Positions 1-13,898 are shown, numbered from the stretch's first letter. The stretch: 64,000 bases of DNA from Eledone cirrhosa (GCA_964016885.1 OZ024740.1:337900001-337964000); one strand, 5' to 3'. Notes: generated by a model not told the origin, from the sequence alone. Made by a program: numbers and translations.

Positions 1-341
1 TGATGCTAAGGTATTGTTCTCAAAATAAATAATATCAAAACCTCATAGATTCGATATTATGTGAGATAATTATGTGAAGTAAAGCCTTTGCCATGAAAAT
101 ATAATTGTTTCTACGTTAGGCACAAAGCCAGCAATTAACCAGTGCATTACTGGTACTTTATTTTATCAACCCCGTAAGGATGAAAGGCAAAGTTAACCTT
201 GGCGGGATTTGAACTCAGATCATAAAGGGACGTAACTCTATGCATCAAAGCATGGCGTCCGACCCTCTACCGATACTGCCAATCCACTGCCTTTGCCATG
301 AAAATATAATAGTATATATATAGAGTAATGCTAAAGAGTTA
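1..341. mobile_element. MITE family copy (5' part outside the window), interrupted by a SINE
   Basis: Same sequence as 787-1018 and 50960-51200; the family ends in ...AATGCTAAAG(G/A)GTT, complementary to the start ...TTTAGCATT seen in the 50960 copy. Confidence 0.6.
103..291 (-). mobile_element. tRNA-derived SINE family A
   Basis: Minus strand has box A-like TGGCAGTATCGGTAG, box B GAGTTCAAATC and body GCCTTTCATCCTTACGGGGTTGATAAAATAAAGTACCAG; flanked by the duplication GCCTTTGCCATGAAAATATAAT (84-105, 289-310). Confidence 0.85.
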
Positions 342-786
342 AGAACAATGAAAATTCACTTTGGAATCATTTGAAATTCATGAGGTAAACTTGAAAAGTT
401 TACCTCATGAAGAAATGCTTTTAATCATCACCAATGGAGAAAATGAATAAATGAATAGTGCAGAATTTTTTGGAAAAGTATGCATCTAACCCTAAAAAAT
501 AAAGCAACTGCATGGAAATGCACAATTTATGAAGTGAGTGAGGTAAATTTGATTAGTGATATTTGTGGCCACATATGTTCATATATGGCCTTATTAGTCA
601 CCAACAGATTCATGAGGAGCAACAAAAAGTTAACTACAGAAAGTTCAGGAAAATAGATTGCATAAGATGCAGATCATGCAGAAAGGCTTTCAAATCTGTT
701 ATTGTATTTAAAAGGTAATGCAATACATTAGAATACATTTATGCATATTGATGTGCACATATGCAAATTTGTTTGTAATGTCTGCC

Positions 787-1018
787 AAAAGACATGTAGA
801 GATCCATTTAAACCGGCTGTATCCGGCCAGAATTCTCTCACTTCTTTCTATTCAAACCAGCTAAAACTGGCCACTCATACTGATGTTAAGGTACTGTCCT
901 AAAAATAAATAATATCAATATCTCTTATATTCAATATTAGGTGAGATGATTATGTGAGATAAAGCTTTTACTACGAAAATACAATAGTAAATATAGAGAA
1001 ATGTAAATGCTAAAGGGC
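787..1018. mobile_element. MITE family copy
   Basis: Matches 1-341 and 50960-51200. Confidence 0.6.
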
Positions 1019-1062
1019 TGAAGAGACATTGTCAAGTATAAAATTCTTTTTAATAGTCAGTA

Positions 1063-1250
1063 ATAATTGTTTCTACGTTTGGCACAAGGCCAACAATTAC
1101 CCAGTGCATTACTGGTACTTTATTTTATCAACCCCGTAAGGATGAAAGGCAAAGTTAACCTTGGCAGGATTTGAACTCAGAATGGCAAGGGCTGTAACTC
1201 TATACGTCAAAGCATGGCGTCCGACCCTCTACCGATACTGCCAATCCACC
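1063..1250 (-). mobile_element. tRNA-derived SINE family A
   Basis: Near-identical to 103-291. Confidence 0.85.
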
Positions 1251-1770
1251 AGTAATAATACTTCTTGGACATGAGTGGGAAGTCATATATATATATATTG
1301 TTGAAGCCTCAACAATGCAGATGGAGATTTACCCATCTAGGACAACTTATTAAGCCATCATTACGTTTACATAATGAAAACTTAACAAATCGTCCTTGTA
1401 GTATTATATTTACACTCTATTTAGCTCTACACCTCGCTACAGATGTGAATCTAAGCATTGAATGCTCACCCGGATGAACCTACAGTAACTACACGTTACA
1501 CTCCCTGGATATATATATATATGTATGTATTGGTCAGATCATATATGCATAGATATATGTATGCTTGTATGCACATATGCATGTATATAAAAAATATACA
1601 TGTACATATGCATGTACAGATATGTATATGTATGTATATATATATATATATATATATACATATACATACATATACATCTGTGTGTGTGTCTCAATACATG
1701 TATGTTTCTATCTATCTCTCTTTCTATATGCACACATAATATGGAACACAGATATAAAATGATGATGACG

Positions 1771-1812
<42 letters not shown>

Positions 1813-2134
1813 CTTAGATACCTATATATCTTTTTGTCAGTCGGTCTGTCTATTTGTCAATCTAGCTTCAATGATTATAAGATTTACAACAATCACCAAA
1901 ACACCTAAGAAATATGGTTAAAAAATAGTTTGATGTTTTGACATAAAGATTTTCAAAAGAATTCTGTAGATTTATGGAGAGACTTATCAGACATGTCTTC
2001 CATATAGTCTAGAGGCAGAGATTAAACAAGGGAGATAAATGATCGATAGACTTTCAAGTAACTATGTCTGTGACTGTCCATACATGAATGCATGAATGCA
2101 TATTTGTATCTTTACACACATATGTGTGTGTTGG

Positions 2135-2430
2135 ACCTCTGTTGCTTCTGATGATGAATGTTTCAGTTGTTTGATCAATGGAGTGATCTACTCATGAAAT
2201 TAAAATGCAAGTGCCCGAGCATTCCCCAGATATGTGCATCCTTAACATAATTCTTAAGGAGATGCAGCATGACAAGGATGGTACTTTGATTTACAAATGC
2301 AACTTATTTATTTCTGATGCAGTGATTGGGGCCACCTGAAATAAAGTTTCTTGCTCAAGGATGCAATCTACTGTTCGGAATCAAACTTACAATTTTGAGC
2401 AGATCACGCTAACCACTAAGTCACATATTT
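2135..2430 (-). mobile_element. Diverged tRNA SINE, family B variant
   Basis: Similar to 44750-45070; CCTTGAGCAAG core on the minus strand. Confidence 0.6.
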
Positions 2431-2444
2431 ACTTGCTAGTCATT

Positions 2445-2549
2445 ATACATGCATTCAATCATGCATACATACATACATGCATACATACATGCATGCATGC
2501 ATACATAATGCATACATTCATACATGCATGTTTACATGCATACATATAT

Positions 2550-2588
<39 letters not shown>

Positions 2589-2640
2589 CGGACATACATA
2601 CACATACATACATACATACATACGTACATACATACATGAT
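2445..2640. repeat. (TACA)n/(CA)n microsatellite
   Basis: Seen directly. Confidence 0.9.
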
Positions 2641-2779
2641 GACAGTCCACATGTGCCTGAGGAAGACCATCACAACAGAATCTTTAAGCCAGCCAGATTC
2701 ATATATGACTTTAAGCAAACTTTACAAACAATAGTTACACTAATACATATCAGTATGCAGGTCTTTTTAATCCACAATA

Positions 2780-3345
2780 GATTTGTAAACGTTCCTCCAT
2801 GTTATACAACTGATTATCATGAATACACTGTAAGCATTTTGTCTGACCTTATGTTTTCATTGGTGACTAATGAGACAAGTCTTGGAAAGACATACACAAC
2901 CACATATATCACAGACTAAATCTAAATCATTTACTTTGCAGCTCACTTCAATTCTACTTTTTCCAAAACAACTGTTCCAGTCATTTATTTATTTTCTCCA
3001 TCAATGGATGATAATCAAAAGCAAATCTTTCTCAGTTGACCTCACTTATTTCAAATGCTTTCAAAGAAGATTTTACATAGTCCCTAAACTGCAGCATTTA
3101 TTTGTGTTGATGATGTAGTCTGCATATAAGTTCACCATACAGCATTTGCCTTGGGATTGACTAATGAATAATTCATGCAAGGTTTCTGGTCCAACCTAAA
3201 TGAAGGTTGTGTACCACTGCCTTAATGCTCAAGACTTTGGCTTCCCTGGGAGTTTGCAACGATCAGCAAATATTCAGTATATGTGTTAAACATTTCAAAT
3301 GAAAGGGTTCAATAACCTTCAAGTGAGGCCTGTAAACGGCCTATA
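2780..3345 (-). mobile_element. Old degraded RTE (BovB-like) LINE 3' fragment
   Basis: Minus strand encodes a remnant PRQMLYGEL motif typical of RTE C-termini. Confidence 0.45.
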
Positions 3346-3506
3346 TCTCACATGAGTAAAGAAGAGAAATCAATACACATGCACAATAAACAGTGATATT
3401 TTTTACCCTTGTAATGCCATTTTAGAATTAGGAATAAGATTCATGAGTTCAGAAGGAATCAGTTACTTTCTGAAGCCTTAAAGATATTCTATTACCTAAG
3501 GAGAAA

Positions 3507-3697
3507 TAGTTGTTTCTACTTTTCGCACAAGGCCAGCAATTACTCAGTGTATTACTGGTACTTTATTTTATCGACCCCGTAAGGATTAAAGGCAAAGTTA
3601 ACCTCGGCGGGATTTGAACTCAGATCATAAAGGGACGTAACTCTATGCTTCAAAGCATGGCATCCGACTCTCTACCGATACTGCCAATCCACTGCCT
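3507..3697 (-). mobile_element. tRNA-derived SINE family A
   Basis: Near-identical to 103-291. Confidence 0.85.
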
Positions 3698-4168
3698 TCT
3701 AGGAGAAATGGTATGTTGACATACATACACACACACAGACATGTGTATGCATATATATCATCATCAGCATTTAACTTCCATTTTTCCATGCTAGCATGGT
3801 TTAGACCACAGGTTCTCAAGGGGGGGGGGGGGGGCGTTTTGGAGCAAGGGGCGTTAGGGGGCGATGAAAGCCCTTTTAGTTTGGTAAGTTTTATAAGTCA
3901 TATTTGTACGTCTCTTAGACAGCCAGTGTGAATGCATTGAATGAAGAAAATAAATAAAAGAAGCTTGTCAACGAATTCCCTAGGGAGATAAAAGAAAAAC
4001 AAAAGAAATCAAAGAAGGTGAAAATAAGAACGTTCATTTGACAACAAGAACTTCAACAGAAATGACAACAAAAAGAAGCAATGGTGATGAAAGGTGTGGA
4101 TGTATACATATACATACGAACATACACACACATGCATACGTACATACATACATACATACATACATACA

Positions 4169-4202
<34 letters not shown>

Positions 4203-4209
4203 CATACAT

Positions 4210-4620
4210 GGTGGCTGCCAACTCGTTTTCGAGTACGGCCACTACTTTATATCCATGTAGGAGAACCCCTACCGATGCGCTGAACGAGTGTGACTTTTTA
4301 GTCCGGCCAGTGATTTGAAAACTCTGGTACAAACACTACACTTGTGACCATTATTGACACATAGTGCTGGGACCATGGTACCATGTGACGAAAAGTGCAG
4401 AGAGATCTCCAAGTATAAAGCAATGCCTGTGCCGTGAAGCTTTTATAGTGAGCAAAGGCACTGCACAAAGCCAGTCCCACTCTCTTAACCAAGATGATAT
4501 TTACCAAAAAGAAGAACAAGTCAACATCATTGGATACCATCAGGGTTGCAGGTGTTATATCAGAGTTTTCCTTCTCCTAGAATTCTGCCTTGACAAAGGC
4601 TAAGGGGTCATCTCTCCCGG
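4210..4620 (-). mobile_element. Retroelement fragments (RTE-like C-terminal C2H2 finger; PLE-like RT piece)
   Basis: Minus-strand peptides HKCSVCTRVFKSLAGLKSH and LMVSNDVDLF. Confidence 0.4.
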
Positions 4621-4649
4621 ATACATACATACATACATACATACATACA

Positions 4650-4681
<32 letters not shown>

Positions 4682-4830
4682 CACACACAGGCCTGCGTTA
4701 GTGTTTGATAAGGTTGAGAACCTGGTCAGCTTTCAGCCAGAGCTGTGGTATTTAATCTCCCTAGGTAATAAAATCTGGAGACAGAATTTTCTCCGTACCC
4801 CCAAAAAACAACATAAATAATCATGTCAAC

Positions 4831-5100
<270 letters not shown>

Positions 5101-5114
5101 ATATATATATATAT

Positions 5115-5458
5115 GGAGGCACATGGCTTAGTGGTTAGAGCATTGGGCTTGCAATCGAAAGGTCGTGAGTTCAATTCTCAGACCGGGTGATGTGTTGTTT
5201 CCTTGAGCAAGACACTTTATTTCACATTGCTCCAGCTTACTCAGCTGTAGAAATGAGATGATAGGACTGGGGTCCCTATCATTCCACTGTAAAGTGGACG
5301 TGTAGGCACCACGGAAAAAAAGCAGCCAGCACTCACTGTAAATGAGGTTGGTGTTAGGAAGGGCATCCAGCTGTAGAAATCAAGCCAAAATCAGTTCCCG
5401 TCCCACCCTTGCAAGCAGGGAAAAGCGGACGTAAAATGATGATGATGATGATGATGAT
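5115..5458 (+). mobile_element. tRNA-derived CORE-like SINE family B with RTE-derived 3' tail
   Basis: Box A TGGCTTAGTGG, box B GAGTTCAATTC, CORE-like CCTTGAGCAAGACACTT...CAGCTGTAGAAATG; the tail is shared with RTE LINE 3' ends and ends in (GAT)n. Confidence 0.8.
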
Positions 5459-5888
5459 ATGTGTGTATAATATATATATATATATTATACACATATATAT
5501 ATATATTTTCTTTTTTCAGTCTGGTCTACCATGTTTGAGCCCCCTGTTGGAGATAGATAGATAGATAGATAGATAGACGTGTACTAAACACACACACACA
5601 CACACATTTCTTACTCTCTGCGTCCCTCCCCCTTTCTCTCTTCAATCATATATATATATTTTTTTTATCGTTTTTATCATTTATTTTGTTTGACCTGTTT
5701 AGCTTGAATTGTTTTTTGGCTTAGGTGGTTAATGCCTTCTTGACCACTTTTTCAGTTTGTATGGCGTTTTAACATATTGTTTAGCTCTAGTTTTTTAACT
5801 ATTGGAGCGCTTGCCAGCATAACTTTGATTTTGCGTTTCGTTTCGCTTTTTCTACCCGCCAAAATACGATTGTCGCTGAATTTATATT

Positions 5889-6052
5889 TAGGAAAAAGTA
5901 TGACCCCGACGGCAGAGCTATTTCTCGAAACGGCTTGAGCTCTGCCGTCAGGGTCATACTTTTTCCTATTTCCCACTCTACTACCCTAAGTTTTGAGTAC
6001 TCTGGTGCGTTATGGTCCATCTGGTTCCTTACCACAATTCCTTTGTTGTGAA
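5889..6052 (+). mobile_element. PLE pLTR-like fragment with fold-back (family also at 13399-13540, 61640-61707 vicinity and 61780-61971)
   Basis: Arms 5889-5919 and 5938-5968; contains an HHR 3' half GAAAC-GGC...GCC-GTC. Confidence 0.55.
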
Positions 6053-6172
6053 TTTATATATATATATATGGCGTTGTTATTTGGCGTTTTGAAAAGAGCA
6101 GTGGCCTTTGACCTGGCAATAAAAACTGGAGACAAAATTCTTTCTGTACCAAAACCAAGGCACACACACACA

Positions 6173-6250
<78 letters not shown>

Positions 6251-6919
6251 CGTGCATGCATGCACGTTTATGTGTGTGTGTGAATCTATCTATGTATATA
6301 TATATATATAAGGGATACAGATATGGCTTTCTCACTGTCACCAAGTTTCTCAATTCATTCGTTGCTACTAAGTATTTTATTTTGCTCGAGGTATTTTATT
6401 TTGCAAGGTACTATTTTTCCCCTGCGTTTGTGATTTCAGAGAAGAAAGGTAAGAAATTCTTCATATTTTGCATCTTTTGTATTTTGATTTTATAGTTTGA
6501 ATTGTAGAATTGTCTATCCACTCAAAATATTACATCAGCTAACAGTGAAATATAGAATTTAAAATAAAAAAGCTTTTTCGACTGAGATCAAATCTCTTTT
6601 TTTTTTCAAAAATATAAATAATTTGAAATAGCTTGCTGAAACTTTTTTGTTTTTAATTCGTACGAGTATTTTTTAAAGATTCTAACATAACTTGATTTGG
6701 CCCAGTAATCTACTGATATCAAAATCAGTAGTATATTGAAAAATGGAAAAATAGGGTAGAGGGGCGTTTCGTGATTTCGAGGGGCAAAATGGGTTCAGAA
6801 CCTTTGGTTTAGACGAGTTGTCCCATTATGAGAACAGCCAGGTCAGATGACTGTGTTTTGCTCATACAGAACTGATTTTGGCTTGGTTTCTATATATTTG
6901 TTTAATGCTTGATATAGTA

Positions 6920-6968
6920 GGAAAAGAGTCTTTATGTTTTGGATGGTAGTCCATCATCAGAAGATAGA
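6920..6968 (-). ncRNA. Degenerate minimal hammerhead motif (same repeat family as 62247-62284)
   Basis: Minus strand CTGATGA-TGGA..TCC-AAAAC; GAAA mutated; flanks match 62240-62312. Confidence 0.4.
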
Positions 6969-7599
6969 ATGGGAAATAAAAGATAAAATAGAAAGATAGA
7001 GAGTAAGAAGAGGAAGAAATTGAATTTTGAAAAAAAAAAACAAAAAAACTTGTGGGTATTCAATCAGCCATTTTGAAGAAACAATAATTGAGAAGATAGA
7101 CTAGACTTCTTAAACCATTTAATACCCTACAAATGTTTCAATATGAATTATTAAATCAATATTTATTCTATGACAATGTTGTAGACAAAGGAAAAATTAT
7201 ATATTGAATATAACAAAATATTATTATGAATACTTTAAAGTAATAAATTGTTCATCAGCAATGGCTACATTTTTACATGGGCTTGCTTTTCACCAGGTCA
7301 TTGTCTATCATTCTACTACAGCTGAAAATATACAGTATTAATAATAATAGTTAGCTATATTCAATATATATATTTTTCTTTTTCTATTGTTGTAGCATAA
7401 ATATTGGATTAATTATTTGTATTGAAGCATTTGTAAGGTATTAAATGATTTATGAAATCTATTCATTTCAATTTATTGTATATGCTGTGTGTTATATGTC
7501 ACCCTTTCCATCTTTCCTTAAATGACATGTGTTCTCTATTTCTATCTATAATGAATTAAATACAGTCAGCTAAATGTATTATTAATTGCCAACTTTTTC

Positions 7600-7633
<34 letters not shown>

Positions 7634-9446
7634 ATGTTTAATATAGAAATGGCTTCTACAGGACTAGAACTGTTTCATTCAAAAGAAATCATTAGGATAT
7701 ATATATGTGTGTGTATGTGTGTGTGTGTGTGTGTGTAATAAACATATGTAAGCCTCACTATGAATATATAATTTATTCTTGTCTCAATACCATGAGAGTA
7801 AACGTCACTGATCTTGGATAAAAATCCTGAGACAGTGTCTGGCATTCTAAGATGGTTACTAAGATAGCTGTTATATGATCGCTTATTCATGGCGATATTT
7901 AAATACGTTTATTATACATAAACATGTCATCTATAACTTCATATAAACCTGTTATGAATAATACTATTTTAGTGCTACAGTTAATATATATATATATATG
8001 TATATATTTGTATGTACACATACATACACATATGCTTGTGTATGTGTGTGTATGTGTTTGTGTGTTTGTTGATCCTTATAGAAGAGATGGCAGAAGATCA
8101 AGACTTATTGAAAAATGCTGTATATCATCACCATTATCATTAATTTCATCTTTACTTTAGCATCCATTTTTCCATGCTAAAATGGATTGGATAGAATGAA
8201 ATTCAGTATCTCTCAATAAGACTTGATTTTATGCCATGCTTTTATTCTGTAAGGCTGATATTATGTATTAATCTATTAAGTGTATGTACATATATCAATT
8301 CTTGCCATGAAGATTGATTTGTGCTGAAACTATGTTAATGTGAAATATAATGAAGTTTATTGAAATTTAGAGGTACCCTCGATTCTCTTCAGGCTCAGTA
8401 AATTTGAGTCACATTATCTCCAACTAAGTTAGAGATTTTAAAATTTCTATAACACACAGGCGGAGGTATAGAGGAAAGTGATTTTTATTTGGGAATATAT
8501 GACATAATCCATGTTCTGGTCATATACTCTCATCGACTTGGATTTTAATCTATGTAAATCCTTGTAGTTAGAATAAGTATGTAGCGAAGCGACACCTGTG
8601 GTGTGATAGCTCTGACGTCACAAACGGACGTCATAAAAATAACACAGACACTCCGGCAAAAAAAAATGCAGAGCGACAACACACATTTTTCTTGGAGCTG
8701 ATTGTACAAACACGCACCAGCCATTCGTATTCTTCTGAATATTTTTGCAAGTCACAAATACACTTCGTCTAAAGTGGTGACCCCGACTGTGGTGTGATAG
8801 CTCTGATGTCACAAGTATATCAACATTCCATCATACATCTTACATGTATATAGTCTCTATATTCACTATCCATTATGTTTCAATACAATAGGCTGTTATA
8901 CATCTAACACACACCACATATAGTTCTCTATATTCAGTTTTCATGTTTTACTACAATGCACCATCACACATCTACACTTTTCAAATTCCATTACTAGTGA
9001 TAAGAAACTTTCAGGAGAACTGAATGCAGAAGGTCTTCAGAGAAGAAACCCCAACTCAAGTGAGTGTTTCAGCCCTTATACTAGTGGTTCTCATGAGATG
9101 TAATGTATGTAACAGAACTTATATTTCAAAATGTGAAAAATACAAATTGAAATCCATAATAACTGTCAAAGTGGGAAAAACCAAACAAAAAATGAAAACA
9201 TTGCCAAAAAACCCTTATGTACATGTCACTCATTTATAACTTTGCACCATTTATTGACTAAAGAGGGAAGTACAAATAATTTTTCTGTTTTTAAGTTTTT
9301 ATATTTCAACATTATGCTAAATTAATATGTATAAATGCCTTCTTTACAAAAACTTTCGTATTTAGGTTCCAAGTGTATCAAAATATTTTTTTTGGGAACC
9401 ACTGTCATACACTATCACATGTCTGACACAAATAATAATAAAATAA

Positions 9447-9632
9447 TAATTGTTTCTACTTTCGGCACAAGGCCAGCAATTACCCAGTACATTACTGGTA
9501 CTTTATTTTATCGACCTCGTAAGGATGAAAGGCAAAGTTAACCTTGGCGGGATTTGAACTCAGATCGTAAAGGGACTTAACTATGCTGGAAAGCATGTCC
9601 AACCCTCTACCAATTCTGCCAATCCACCGCCC
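9447..9632 (-). mobile_element. tRNA-derived SINE family A
   Basis: Match to 103-291. Confidence 0.85.
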
Positions 9633-9649
9633 TCTATAATAATAAAATA

Positions 9650-10505
9650 ATAATAATTAAATTATTGTGTACAGTGCTCAGGTCCACTACACCTCATCAA
9701 AGATTACATAGAATAATTGTTTCCACTTTTGGCACAAGGCCAGCAATTACCCCAGTGCATTACTGGTACTTTATTTTATCGACCCTGTAAGGATGAGAAG
9801 CAAAGTTAACCTCAGCGGGATTTGAACTCAGACCGTAAAGGGCCGTAACTATGCTGCAAAGCATGGTGTCCGACCCTCTACCGATACTGCCAATCTACCA
9901 TCCTAGATAGTATAGTACATAGAATTTTGTTCAAATGTCAGGAAAATGAAGTGTATGAGTCATGAAATACATGTGTGCGTGTGTATGGAGGGGGGGGGGG
10001 GGCATCAGGTGTAGTGTTGGCAAATCTCAGGAAGCATGGAGGTTTTAAAGGATGCAGTGTCTCGACAGCTAACAACTGATGCAGATAGTTTGTTCCATGC
10101 TTCAGCAACTCTGAGCAAGAAAAAATGTTTCTGAAAGTCATGGGAGCTGTGCTGTTTTCTGACTTTGTAGGCATGCCCATGGTTGTTAGACACATGGAAA
10201 TCAAAAAGGTGCTCAGGGTTGTTGTTGGCAAGATGGTTAATATTTTTGTGGGTGTTTACCAAGTCAGTTACCAGACGTCGGAGCTGCAATGTATCCATGC
10301 CCAGGAAAGCAAGGTGTTCAGAGTATGGTAGATGCCTGATGGAGGGTATTCGCTTGGTTGCACGTCTTTGAACAATTTCCAGGAGGTCAATGTTCTGAGC
10401 AAGATAGGGGTTCCAGACTGGTGATGCAAATTCTAAGTGTGGCTGCACCATAGCTATATATAGCTTTAAATAGATACCTGGAGAGCGGCTGACAAAGGTC
10501 TCACA
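9650..10505 (-). mobile_element. CR1-clade LINE 3' fragment, with a family A SINE inserted at 9713-9903
   Basis: ORF 10005-10508: LYIAMVQPHLEFASPVWNPY...LEIVQRRATK...FFLLRVAEAWNKL, the classic CR1 ORF2 C-terminus. Confidence 0.85.
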
Positions 10506-10851
10506 CATAGTCTTCTACATTCACTATCCATGTTTCACTACCAAACAATGCCATATATCAAGCAATTCCTTATATTCACTGCCCATGTCTCAGTACTATA
10601 CACTAACATGCATCATACATACATCATTCAGGGCCCATATTTTACTATCATGCACCACCATCACATATCATACACATACTGTCCATAATTCATTATCATA
10701 TACGATCACACATCATACATGTATCATATATAATAATTACTTTATCCATGTTTCATTATCATACATCGTCTTACATTTACACCTCAAATAGCTGCATACA
10801 TTAACAGATCCATCTCTTACTACTGTACACCACTGCCCATCAAATTTACAC

Positions 10852-11012
10852 TTTATATAACCATCTGTACTCAATATATTTATATAATCCTCTGTACTCA
10901 TTATATTCATATAACCATCTGTACTCATTATATTCATATAACCATCTGTACTCAATATTTTTATATAATCCTCTGTACTCAATATATTTATATAACCATC
11001 TGAACTCATTGT
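10852..11012. repeat. 30-bp minisatellite, about 5 copies
   Basis: Unit ~ATAACCATCTGTACTCAATATATTTATAT(A). Confidence 0.85.
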
Positions 11013-11419
11013 ATTCATTGTTTATGTAAGACTTTGCTGCTTCATAAACAAACATTCTAGACATATCTAAAAGAAAGACATTCAATTAATTTACAAAGAT
11101 TCATTCACAAAATGTTATTACAACTCATTCATAGATGTGCTTCTTCTTCTCTCTGTTCCTTCTACAATAACTACAAAGACATCAAGTCTTCTGAACTATC
11201 ATGTTGTGTACTGCTTCTCTCTGAACCAAACTCTGGTATCATATCTTATTTTTTTAGTGTCTGAATATAAAACTTTATTTATCAACATAACTGTCATCAT
11301 AATATTACAAAGATAAAAAAGAAAGAAAAGGGAAAGGGAAAAAAAAAAAAAATAACACAAGCAGGTAATACACACATCTAGGACCACATACTACAAGAGA
11401 TAACGATTTTGCAAAGAGC

Positions 11420-11580
11420 ACTAGAAAACCTCTGTACGAATTTTTGAGGCAAGCCAGTACACTTGGAGCGTTACCTTGGGTGATGGCGAGGCTGACGTGC
11501 TAGAACAGCCAAGCACCTTCACGGGCATCACCAGTTACCTTGATTAGGTAAGCCGCTAGTGAAGACAAGAACCTCTGGTA
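11420..11580 (-). mobile_element. CRE-like RLE LINE 3' end
   Basis: Reverse complement resembles 49615-49750. Confidence 0.6.
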
Positions 11581-12569
11581 TCATATTTTATACTTTCATT
11601 GTGTCTTATTTTCCAAATCCCCCACTAAACATTTCTCCCAAACTTTCTAAATCTACAACCTAATAAGTTCCCACTCACTCAAGGTTTTATTTCCTCTATA
11701 GGAATCAACACAAAGCATAAAACTGAATATAAACCACATCAATATCTTGTACTTATGGGGGTCTGTTAAGGTCATGAACATGATCTTTTCTTCTTTGATT
11801 AATAAGAAAAAAGGTAGCATAGTGAAAATAAAATGTAATATTAAGATACTTAGTGGATCATCTACATATGAATATGTACAGAATAACACCTTGGTTGCTT
11901 TTAACTGAGGCTCTTATGTTGTAATCATTTGAGCCATGTCTCCTGTCTGTGGCCATAGACACTGCCCTTCCTCTCTGACTAAGTTAAAAAAGTTAACAGC
12001 AAATATTCCAACTACTTTCCATCAAATTATGTCCACTAAGTGAGCAGTAAAAAGAGAAGGTTGTTTAAGGCATTAACAAAATATTATTGAGCAATGGCAA
12101 AGCAGAACAAATGATTAAAAGCTATTATATGAAATCTTAGTTGCTTCCAAAATATATGAAAAATGCAATGGCTTTGTCAAAACAAATTTTGTTATTAAGA
12201 GCGAAGACAGAAATAGTGTAATAATGAAAGGGTCTGCCAAAGTTAATACTGGAGGTGAACAGCAATATGTGAATTTTGCTTGGCAGAGAAACGCCATGTC
12301 TTGGCAGAGAATTATATAGGATAGTAAAAAAATCTATAAGCTTCTGAATAGCCCAGAATTTGCTGTAAGACATTCTGATATCTGTACTGACCAATATGAA
12401 AATATTCAAAGAAAATATGTCATAAAATCCTTTAAAGCATTCACAACTTCAATGGAGCAAATAATACTTCTTAAGACAACCTCCAGAGAGAAATTTTGAG
12501 TAGTAATTGAACAATTTTAAATATAGATAAACTCTACTAATTTACTATTGAGTATTCTCTTTTTTGTAT

Positions 12570-12607
<38 letters not shown>

Positions 12608-13026
12608 ATACTACTACTATGTTAGTTCTATAGTCAATTAATCCTAGCCGGCCAAGTTTGTACTATAAGAAAATAAGCATCTGCAGCTGATGTTTCATGC
12701 ACAAGAAAGCATATAAGCTTGAGTTTATTCTTGTCTCAGTACCATGGGAGTAATTGTTAACAATGATGGATAGAAATCCAGAAATCTGTGTCTGATATTC
12801 TCATGTGGCTACTGAGGTAAATGTGACAGGCTCACAGCTTAAAATATTAATAGCAAATCTTTTGTTATACATAAACATATCATATATACCTTCAAAATTA
12901 TGTCAATTATGAACTACTCTATGCTAGTGCTAATAGTTATATATATATATGTTAGTAGTAGCACTAGCATAGAGAGTAGTTAATATATATATAGATATAT
13001 GTGTGTGTGTGTGTGTATATATATAT

Positions 13027-13382
13027 CCTCATCATCACCGTTTTACGTCCGTTCTTCCACGCTAGCATGGGTTAGACGGGTTGTCCTGTTGTGGGCAATG
13101 TCCGGTTGGCTGACCATACCTTGCTCATACAGGAACTGATTCTGGCTTGATTTCTACAGCTATATGCCCTTCCTAACACCAACCTCATTTACAGTGAGTG
13201 GTGGGTGCTTTTTCCCGTGGCGCCTACACGTCCACTTTACAGTGTGGGCTGGGTGCTTTTTTGCTGTGGCACCTCCACGACCACTTTGCAGTGGGAGGGG
13301 GTGGGAGCATATTGTCTATATGCTTCAGCTTCGGCTTGTACCCGTGGGGGGTCGGTTCTTCTATATTACTGCATGACGCAGT
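13027..13382 (-). mobile_element. RTE LINE 3' end
   Basis: Matches the 3' UTR of 63168-64000; (GAT)n tail. Confidence 0.8.
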
Positions 13383-13540
13383 AATATATATATATAACAA
13401 AGAATGTATGGTAAGGAATCATGTGGACCATAAACACACCAGAGTACTCAATAGTTAGGGTAGTAGAGTGGGTAATAGTTTGGATCTAGCTGTCGAAATG
13501 GCCGGAGCTTAGCCGTCAGGGTCCTGACTCTTTTCCTATA

Positions 13541-13615
<75 letters not shown>

Positions 13616-13836
13616 AGAGAGAAATATAAATAAAGTTGTAATATTCTTAAGATTTACCTTTGTTTGTTCAAAAGATGTCTGAAAATGTTTTTGTTTATTC
13701 TTTGCTGCATTATTTTGTGACATAGCGTTACCATACCAACAGAGCAGTTCTCCAATCTGTTGTGCAAATTGGCATTACAAGTGCAATACCACCTTCAAGT
13801 GTGATGTTGCATTTGAGTAGATAGCTGGTGAGGTAT

Positions 13837-13898
<62 letters not shown>

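Noticed and set aside
103-291. tRNA genes
   Set aside because: The box A/B heads continue into SINE bodies and tails and do not form a complete cloverleaf
8300-8395. Hammerhead-like words (ATGAAGA...GAAAC; minus-strand CTGAAGA)
   Set aside because: The stems do not pair convincingly
10852-11012. CRISPR-like array
   Set aside because: Tandem 30-bp units without unique spacers, eukaryotic context, no cas genes
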